This document shows positions 42,333 to 47,889 of a DNA stretch of 47,889 nt, in pieces; the stretch's first letter is position 1, and each line of letters opens with the position of its first letter. Origin of the DNA: Rickettsiales bacterium. Its GTDB lineage: Bacteria; Pseudomonadota; Alphaproteobacteria; Rs-D84. The stretch is taken from positions 1-47,889 of the forward strand of contig JAISGC010000055.1 of NCBI GenBank assembly GCA_031263295.1, written 5' to 3'. The position numbers and the translations under genes are program-made. Under the pieces are notes generated by a model, which did no database searches, was not told where the DNA came from, and saw only the letters and a program-made list of their open reading frames with translations.

Positions 42333-42764
42333 ATGAAATCAAACAAAACGCAAACGGCGAAGATTGAAAAGCTGATTGACGGAGCGAAGGTCTCGTTCAT
42401 CGCGTCGGTGGACGGCGACGGATTTCCGAATATGAAGGCTATGCTGGCGCCGCGGCGACGCGACGGACTTCGCGAGTTTTGGTTCAGCACGAACACCAGC
42501 AGTCTGCGCGTTTCGCAGTTTCGCAAAAATCCCAAGGCCGCGGTTTATTTTTTCTCGAAAACAATTTTCGCTTACCAGGGCCTGATGCTGACCGGGACGA
42601 TGGAAGTTTTAGAAGACCAGGCGGCGAAGGACTCGATTTGGCAAACGGGCGACACGATTTATTATCCGCTGGGCCGGACCGATCCGGACTATTGCGTGTT
42701 GAAGTTCACGGCGCGCCGCGCGAGATATTATCGCAACTTCAAGTCGGAAAGTTTTGAGGTATAG
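42333..42764 (+). CDS. pyridoxamine 5'-phosphate oxidase-family (general stress protein 26-like) protein
   Basis: ..AKVSFIASVDGDGFPNMKAM..FWFSTNTSSLRVSQFRKNPKAAVYF..VLKFTARRARYY.. fits the split-barrel FMN-binding fold. Confidence 0.7.
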   Translation: MKSNKTQTAKIEKLIDGAKVSFIASVDGDGFPNMKAMLAPRRRDGLREFWFSTNTSSLRVSQFRKNPKAAVYFFSKTIFAYQGLMLTGTMEVLEDQAAKDSIWQTGDTIYYPLGRTDPDYCVLKFTARRARYYRNFKSESFEV

Positions 42765-42786
42765 CGCCTTACTTTTGCAAGGCTTA

Positions 42787-42900
42787 CAGCGAGGAGTTCG
42801 CGTCAGAATCGTTCAGGTCGATGCGCTTTCCGCCCCGAAGTGTATATCAATACACGAGTGGGCGGAAAACGCGTCGAGATGGGCGATTATCACGCGAACC
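42787..42900. repeat. D element, copy 2 (inverted relative to copy 1)
   Basis: The reverse complement aligns with 14518-14632. Stem pairs gttttccgccc/ggggcggaaagc here versus gtttttcaccc/ggggtgaaaaac there. Confidence 0.85.
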
Positions 42901-42907
42901 TTATAAA

Positions 42908-43108
42908 TTACGCCAATTTAAGATTGACGGCGGACTGACGACCCTTCTCTTCGGCGACATCGAACTCGACTGCCTGGTTGTCCGCCAAGGTCGACAGGCC
43001 CGCGGCTTGCAGCGCCGAGATGTGGACGAAAATGTCCTTGTTGCCGGTTTCCGGTTTAATGAATCCGAACGCCTTTTTCGCGTCGAACCATTTTACATTG
43101 CCTTTCAT
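42908..43108 (-). CDS. cspA: cold-shock protein CspA family
   Basis: MKGNVKWFDAKKAFGFIKPETGNKDIFVHISAL.. with RNP1/RNP2-like motifs. Start taken at ATG 43108. Long 5' UTR likely. Confidence 0.95.
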   Translation of the reverse strand: MKGNVKWFDAKKAFGFIKPETGNKDIFVHISALQAAGLSTLADNQAVEFDVAEEKGRQSAVNLKLA

Positions 43109-43384
43109 AATTATACCTTTGTTCTGTGTTGCCCCGAACGCAACCATTGCGGGCGGGCGGCGGATTTGCCCTGATACTCTTAAAAAAATCTGGCTTCTCA
43201 AAAGGGAGAGTTTTATAAAAAAGTAGCGATTGAATCAAACCAACCTGCGGTCATTATACAGGATGGAACGGCGGAATGCAAGGGGAAGAAAGCAATACTT
43301 GCGTTTTGAGGTAATTTATCAGTAAAATTAGGAATATTTATAAGATTTAATTGTAAATCATAAAAGTCAAAGGCATCATTCTCT

Positions 43385-44101
43385 ATGGAATCAGAAATAA
43401 TTTGGATTACAGTTGGCGTTATCGTTATGGCCTTTGTTTTCGCGAGCCTGATGTATATAACGCAACGCGAAAATACGCGCGCTCAGGAATTGTTGGAGTC
43501 CGTCACCACGGCAGAACGCGGCAACTGCTCGGAAAGAGATTTGGTATTGAAGCTACTAAAATCTGGAATACCGGCCGGGGCAATTTTTCACGACCTGTAT
43601 ATCAAAAAGTCGCATGGCTTTTCGCAAATAGACCTTGTTGTCGCAACAAAAGTCGGCATAATTGTATTTGAGGTAAAGGATTATAGCGGTTGGATTTTCG
43701 GCAGAGGCGATCAAAATAACTGGACGCAAGTTCTAGATTACGGGCGAGAAAAACACCGATTCTATAATCCAATAATGCAAAACAGCAAACACATTGCAGA
43801 ATTAAGAAGGCAGCTTTGGCGTGAGAAGGCGCCGTTTTATTCAATCGTGGTATTTTATGGAAATTGCGAATTACGCGATATAAGTTTTGTCCCTAACGGA
43901 ACATTCATAACCAAGGATTATCGAGTTTTAGATGCCATAAATGAAATCATTGAAAACAATAAGCCCGCCAACTATACGGACAAGCGCGAAGTTGTGCGTG
44001 TGTTGCGCGAAGCCGTTAAAAACGGCGACAATGCGGAAACGAAAGATCAGCATATAGAAAATGTCCGCGATATGTTGGGGAAAGACAGGGTGTTTGATTA
44101 G
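43385..44101 (+). CDS. membrane-anchored NERD (nuclease-related domain) protein
   Basis: N-terminal TM, then ..HDLYIKKSHGFSQIDLVVATKVGIIVFEVKDYSGWIFG..NWTQV..FYNPIMQNSKHIAELR.. matches the NERD pattern (from memory). The gene is AT-rich. Confidence 0.75.
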   Translation: MESEIIWITVGVIVMAFVFASLMYITQRENTRAQELLESVTTAERGNCSERDLVLKLLKSGIPAGAIFHDLYIKKSHGFSQIDLVVATKVGIIVFEVKDYSGWIFGRGDQNNWTQVLDYGREKHRFYNPIMQNSKHIAELRRQLWREKAPFYSIVVFYGNCELRDISFVPNGTFITKDYRVLDAINEIIENNKPANYTDKREVVRVLREAVKNGDNAETKDQHIENVRDMLGKDRVFD

Positions 44102-44568
44102 ACATTTTCTTTCTGCTCGCCAAGTAATGCTGCAACCAGCAGAATCAGCCAGACAAGCGGAGCCCAGAACAGCAACAGATTTAACCAAAATATTTTCTTT
44201 CCATTTTTATTATTACGAGCAGCTAACGAAGGCGCGAACAATATCAACAGAAAAATTGCTGCCCCCAATAATATAAGTAAATATATTCCAATATCCTCTG
44301 CGGTAATGTTAGAATTATATGAATTGTCCACATACGAATGCAAAGAAGTTCTTATAACAAACCCATCTCCTTTTATGCTTCTAACTTTCACCCATTCACC
44401 GACATAGTTTTCAACAAGGACTTTTTCATGTCTATTTAATTTTCCGACAATATTGCAATGCGTTCCCGCGCAGGAACGAATGTTTAAGACTTCGACATTT
44501 ACGATTGTGGCGGCAGTTGCGGACCTGACGATGCACAAGCAAAAAAATATAAAAAGTAATTTTTTCAT
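44098..44568 (-). CDS. SH3b domain - superinfection-immunity (Imm)-like membrane protein
   Basis: Signal/anchor, then SH3_3-like VLNIRSCAGTHCNIVGKLNRHEKVLVENYVGEWVKVRS..GFV. C-terminal FAPSLAARNNKNGKKIFWLNLLLFWAPLVWLILLVAAL resembles the Imm_superinfect motif (from memory). Confidence 0.6.
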   Translation of the reverse strand: MKKLLFIFFCLCIVRSATAATIVNVEVLNIRSCAGTHCNIVGKLNRHEKVLVENYVGEWVKVRSIKGDGFVIRTSLHSYVDNSYNSNITAEDIGIYLLILLGAAIFLLILFAPSLAARNNKNGKKIFWLNLLLFWAPLVWLILLVAALLGEQKENV

Positions 44569-44613
44569 TTTTTATCCGCGGCTTGCCGCCCGAAGCGGCG
44601 GAGCCGCGAAGGG

Positions 44614-44700
44614 TGGTGGCTTTGGCGGGGCTCGAACCCGCACGGTCGCAATGACCAAGGGATTTTAAGTCCCCAGCGTCTACCATTCCGCCACAAAGCC
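44614..44700 (-). tRNA. tRNA-Leu (anticodon UAA), CCA encoded
   Basis: GGCTTTG-TG-GCG-GAATGGTAGA-CGC-T-GGGGA-CTTAAAA-TCCCT-[long variable arm GGTC-ATTGC-GACC]-GCGGG-TTCGAGC-CCCGC-CAAAGCC-A-CCA. Full cloverleaf, class II. Confidence 0.9.
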
Positions 44701-44709
44701 TGTTCTTAT

Positions 44710-44738
44710 ATTTTACGCGATTTTTTTATTATTTGCAA
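44710..44738 (-). promoter_or_regulatory. promoter TTGCAA-17-TAAAAT for tRNA-Leu
   Basis: Minus strand aTTGCAAataataaaaaaatcgcgTAAAATataagaacagGGCTTTG. Confidence 0.5.
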
Positions 44739-44754
44739 TAAAGCGATGGACAAT

Positions 44755-44844
44755 TATTTTTTATTTTCTCCGGGCCTTGGGTCTGCGACCCCGGCCCATC
44801 GAAAATAAAAAAGGTGTGTTTCATCGAAACACACCCCACCAGGC
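44755..44844. repeat. right-half copy of the composite element seen at 10591-10760
   Basis: attttttattttctccgggcc..ggcccatcgaaaataaaaaaggtgtgtttcatcgaaacacaccccaccaggc. Confidence 0.75.
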
Positions 44845-44851
44845 TCTGGAA

Positions 44852-47224
44852 TCATTGCACCGGAACGATTTTGCATGTATCGGTATTAGTATCCCATCTG
44901 CCGCCGCCGATTTCTTCGCAGAGCTTCTGATACCCGCCCATCAGGTTGATTATAGTCTGCTGGCCCGAAGGGTCGAATTGTTTTGTGTCAGGGTTCAGGC
45001 ACGCGACATCCGCGCGCTGGACCAAGGCCTCATACACGCTGCCCGTGCCGAAAAACGGCCGGCTTCCGCAGGCGTCCGCAGACCAGCTTCCCGCCGCAAT
45101 CACGCGCGCCTTTTTCGCGGCTATTTGCGCCTGGGTGCAGTTGCCTTCGCTGTCGGGAGTGTCGCAAGACCCGTCGTCGTAATAGCACAGGTCGGCCATA
45201 TATCTTTTTAATTCTGATTCGCACATTGTCGAGACCTTGGTGTCGTCGACGGTTTCCACAAACGCGCGCAAGGCCGCGAGCCCGCACTTTTTGTTCTGCG
45301 CGTCCGAGACCTGACCGGTGTCCGAGACCACGCATCCGTCGCTGTCGCCGTAAAGCGCGGCGCAGGCCAGCACCTTGTCCGAGCACATCGAGCTGGCGGC
45401 GCGCACGCCGATTCCGGCCGAGGCGCTTTGGACCGCGGTCGACATCGCCTCGTCGCCCTTCACCTCGGCGAACATATTCAGATCGCCGGTCTGCTTGTTA
45501 TAGCATTGCGTCATCATCGAGACGCAGTTGTCTTTCACGGACTCGATTTTATCGTCCTGGGCCTGCGCGATTTCAATCAGCGCCTGCTGCTTGAAGGCGG
45601 CCCAGACCGCATCGGAATCGTCCTTGCAGGTGTTCAGCGCCGAGGCCGCGCGGCTGCGCAGTTTATCCAGATTATCCAGGAAAACCTTGTTCGCGGTATC
45701 GTTCAGATTGTTCAGATTTATCTGGTCTTTCAGCTTGAAGAGCTGCGGCGAGTAAATCGGCTCGCCGGTGGTCGCGCTGATGTAAAGCCCGGTGAAGTCG
45801 AGGCAGCGCTCCCATTTCGGACCGCAGGCATAGGGGTCCTGAATCTCGGTCCGGACGGCGGCGATGCACTGGTTGACCGACGCCGAATTGTGCGCGCGAT
45901 AGTCTTCGAGGCGCGCGGCGGTCATCGCATTGTTCGCCTCGCGGATTGTGGATTCGAGGGCTTGGCGCTGGGCATCCAAGCTTTTCTCATAGGCGCTGCA
46001 ATCCTGGGAAATCAAAATAGTGTAAGCGCTCGCGACCATATTCGCCGAGGCCTGGTTGTTCGCGCAGGATGAAGACACGGACATACACTGCGAATAGACC
46101 GCGTCGTAAAGGGCCTTGCCCTCCAAAGTATCGAGATTGACCGCATTGGTCGAGCCGCGATTGTTTCCGTTCGATGCCGTCGCGAAAGGATCGGTCGATG
46201 TCGAGCCGCCGCCCCAAATGTCGCCAGACGATGTGTTGAAGTTCAGATTCAACGACGATCCGCCGCCGAGGACTTTTTGCGCGGCCGAGCTCGACGAAGT
46301 CGTCGCCGGGACATCGGAGGCCTTTTTCGTTCCGGCCAAAAGCGCGTTGATATTTTCGAGCATCGCGGCCGACGCGGACTTGTCGGTCTTCAATGCGGAC
46401 TCGCCCTCGCTGGCGGTCGACATCGCGTTCGCCTCGTCCGCGGTCAGTCCGATTGCATAGAGGTTCTGGTCGTTGAATTGCAGAATCATTTGCTTGGCGG
46501 CGTCGAAGGCCTCCTCGCGGTCGCGGAAACTGCGGAACTTGTCCGAGCACAGGCACCGGCGGTAGACATCGGACTTCAAGCCGCAGAACTGGTCCATGCA
46601 GGCGAAATACGCCTCGCGGCACTGATTATATTCCGGGCCCATCGAGGCGGTGTTGGTGAAGAGAGCCGTTGCGCGCGCATTGTTCGGAGCATTGACCACG
46701 CCGCCGATTGCGGCCGCGCGCGCGCGCGCGGGTCCTCCGGCGCCCTTTGCAGGCGCGCCGCGTCCGGCGCGAACGCCGCCCATAACCGCGGCGCGCGCGG
46801 CGGTCGCCGAGCGAGCGGTCGCGGCCGAGCCGCGCATCGGTCCGGCGATGACGCCGCCACCGGCATTGCCGCGCGGCACCATCGCCGAGCGCGAAGACGC
46901 GGCGGGCGCGCGGGTAATCTGAATTGCTGAACGGCCGACTTGCGGGCCGCTGCCTGCGTTCAGGCCGCCGTTATTGATTGGGACGGCGCGGGTCAGGCCG
47001 CGCTCGGGGACTATGACGCCGCGGCTGGTTGTCGAGCGATTGGACTTGGTGTTTTGTTCGAGAATCTCGCGCTGTTCGGCCTCTTTGTCGCCGCGCCCCG
47101 TCAGGCTGGCGGCCTTGGAAGTCGTGGCGGTCGCGGCCCCGCGCGGATTCGGGCGCGCGTTGTCGGCGGCGAAACCCGCGTGGCAAAACGCGGCCGCAAA
47201 CGCAAAGGCAATAATTTTTCTCAT
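44852..47224 (-). CDS. large secreted Cys-rich protein, paralog B (function unknown)
   Basis: Start taken at ATG 47224 (MRKIIAFAFAAAFCHAGFA). Arg/Ala/Gly-rich N-region, then CREAYFACMDQFCGLKSDVYRRCLCS, with collinear conserved Cys and motifs shared with 906..2999 (ARLE(D/S)Y(R/D)AHNS, ATGEPIY(S/T)P). Confidence 0.8.
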   Translation of the reverse strand: MRKIIAFAFAAAFCHAGFAADNARPNPRGAATATTSKAASLTGRGDKEAEQREILEQNTKSNRSTTSRGVIVPERGLTRAVPINNGGLNAGSGPQVGRSAIQITRAPAASSRSAMVPRGNAGGGVIAGPMRGSAATARSATAARAAVMGGVRAGRGAPAKGAGGPARARAAAIGGVVNAPNNARATALFTNTASMGPEYNQCREAYFACMDQFCGLKSDVYRRCLCSDKFRSFRDREEAFDAAKQMILQFNDQNLYAIGLTADEANAMSTASEGESALKTDKSASAAMLENINALLAGTKKASDVPATTSSSSAAQKVLGGGSSLNLNFNTSSGDIWGGGSTSTDPFATASNGNNRGSTNAVNLDTLEGKALYDAVYSQCMSVSSSCANNQASANMVASAYTILISQDCSAYEKSLDAQRQALESTIREANNAMTAARLEDYRAHNSASVNQCIAAVRTEIQDPYACGPKWERCLDFTGLYISATTGEPIYSPQLFKLKDQINLNNLNDTANKVFLDNLDKLRSRAASALNTCKDDSDAVWAAFKQQALIEIAQAQDDKIESVKDNCVSMMTQCYNKQTGDLNMFAEVKGDEAMSTAVQSASAGIGVRAASSMCSDKVLACAALYGDSDGCVVSDTGQVSDAQNKKCGLAALRAFVETVDDTKVSTMCESELKRYMADLCYYDDGSCDTPDSEGNCTQAQIAAKKARVIAAGSWSADACGSRPFFGTGSVYEALVQRADVACLNPDTKQFDPSGQQTIINLMGGYQKLCEEIGGGRWDTNTDTCKIVPVQ

Positions 47225-47305
47225 TTCCTTTTGCAATTATAACACAATCGCCCGGCGGGAAAAAGTGAAATAGTGAACCCGTTGCGCGACGGCGGATTGT
47301 TTCGC

Positions 47306-47334
47306 TTGCGCGCGCGGACGCGATTGATTAAAAT
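47306..47334 (+). promoter_or_regulatory. promoter TTGCGC-17-TAAAAT, 7 nt from the lnt ATG (leaderless candidate)
   Basis: cTTGCGCgcgcggacgcgattgatTAAAATcgcgggtATG. Confidence 0.4.
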
Positions 47335-47341
47335 CGCGGGT

Positions 47342-47889
47342 ATGAAAATAATTTCCTGTATTTTGATGGCTGGACTTGGGGCGGCGGGGTCGCTCGCGTT
47401 CGCGCCGTTTGGCTGGTGGCCTATGGCGATTGCGTCGATCGGCGCGGCGTATTATATCTGTGTGTTTCATCGAAACACGCACCGCCGGGCATCCCTGGCC
47501 ATGTTCTGGGGAGCTGGCTGGTGCGTGGCGAATTTTTATTGGACGGCGAGCGCGATTCCGCAGGTTGGATTGCGGTTCGCGGTGTGGGGGATTCTGGCGG
47601 CGCTCGGCGCAGTGGTTTTCGGAATGCCGTTTATGGCGGCCGCAAGACAATCGGCCGGATGGCGGCGGGCATTGGTGTTCGCGACCGGCGCCGCGGGCGC
47701 GCTTTACATTCGCGAGGTTTTGATAAATCCGTGGAATCCGCTGGCGAACATAGCATTGGGCGCGCCGGGTCTTGCGGCGTCTATGTCGGTTGTCGGGGCG
47801 ATTGGCCTGACATTTGTGATTGCCGGTTGCGTGGCGGCAGTTATCGAGGCGATTATTCCAGAGCGCGATTCCCCTTCTCCCCTTGGGGA
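47342..47889 (+). CDS. lnt: apolipoprotein N-acyltransferase, N-terminal part (runs off the right edge; absent from the ORF track)
   Basis: My own translation from ATG 47342 is open to the window end: MKIISCILMAGLGAAGSLAFAPFGWWPMAIASIGAAYYI..FWGAGWCVANFYW.. This is the typical Lnt N-terminal TM region. It contains two repeat-derived segments. Confidence 0.7.
   Translation, partial: MKIISCILMAGLGAAGSLAFAPFGWWPMAIASIGAAYYICVFHRNTHRRASLAMFWGAGWCVANFYWTASAIPQVGLRFAVWGILAALGAVVFGMPFMAAARQSAGWRRALVFATGAAGALYIREVLINPWNPLANIALGAPGLAASMSVVGAIGLTFVIAGCVAAVIEAIIPERDSPSPLG
47460..47489 (+). repeat. hairpin fragment of the 10591/44755 element family inside lnt
   Basis: gtgtgtttcatcgaaacacgcaccgccggg compared with ggtgtgtttcatcgaaacacaccccaccagg (44813-44843). 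Translated as CVFHRNTHRRA. Confidence 0.6.
47851..47889 (+). repeat. ATTATTCCAGAGCGC..TTCCCC element arm inside lnt (cut by the window edge)
   Basis: attattccagagcgcgattccccttctccccttgggga compared with the reverse complement of 3190-3229, attattccagagcgcaattccccttcccaaaggga. Translated in frame as IIPERDSPSPLG. Confidence 0.7.

Noticed and set aside
43202-44700. Integrated prophage or integrative element at tRNA-Leu.
   Set aside because: There is no integrase, no phage structural genes and no duplicated tRNA 3' segment (att) in the islet. Only two cargo-like genes are present, so I describe it as an islet, not a mobile element.

Overview
All calls come from reading the sequence and the ORF track by eye. 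No searches, folding or statistics were run, and family names are from memory.

The window is a visibly G+C-rich chromosomal segment of a diderm bacterium. The gene content suggests a small-genome, alphaproteobacterium-like lineage (LpxI, YbgC-TolQRA, Lnt, NrdR, compact FtsY, many beta-barrel OMPs); this is inference only.

I call about 50 protein genes:
- Housekeeping: pheT (3' part), ftsH, ftsY, dnaN, mltG, aspS, ftsE, lepB, rnc, lpxI, grpE, ybgC-tolQRA, nrdR, slt, rnhB, cspA, and lnt (5' part, missing from the ORF track because it runs off the window).
- One tRNA-Leu(UAA).
- Five beta-barrel OMPs.
- Two large paralogous Cys-rich secreted proteins, one near each end of the window.
- A family of small Cys-rich secreted proteins.
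- A collagen-like gene broken by an in-frame TAG.

The most unusual content is non-genic. Almost every intergenic gap is filled with structured palindromic repeats:
- (a) Long hairpins whose arms are tandem 6-7 nt units, with a different unit at each locus.
- (b) Several GC-rich REP/RPE-like families that keep their stems by compensatory changes. Copies sit in frame inside rnhB, mltG and lnt.
- (c) Copies of the heptad elements that supply the start codon, signal peptide or membrane anchor of envelope proteins.

Also found:
- A promoter + sRNA-like + three-way-junction leader module, duplicated upstream of the small Cys-rich genes. The leader is better conserved than the proteins.
- A second riboswitch-like leader motif, in 2 copies.
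- A set of apparently leaderless promoters.
- An AT-rich islet at the tRNA-Leu 3' side carrying a NERD-domain gene and an SH3b/superinfection-immunity-like gene.

No CRISPR array, rRNA, transposase or integrase was seen.
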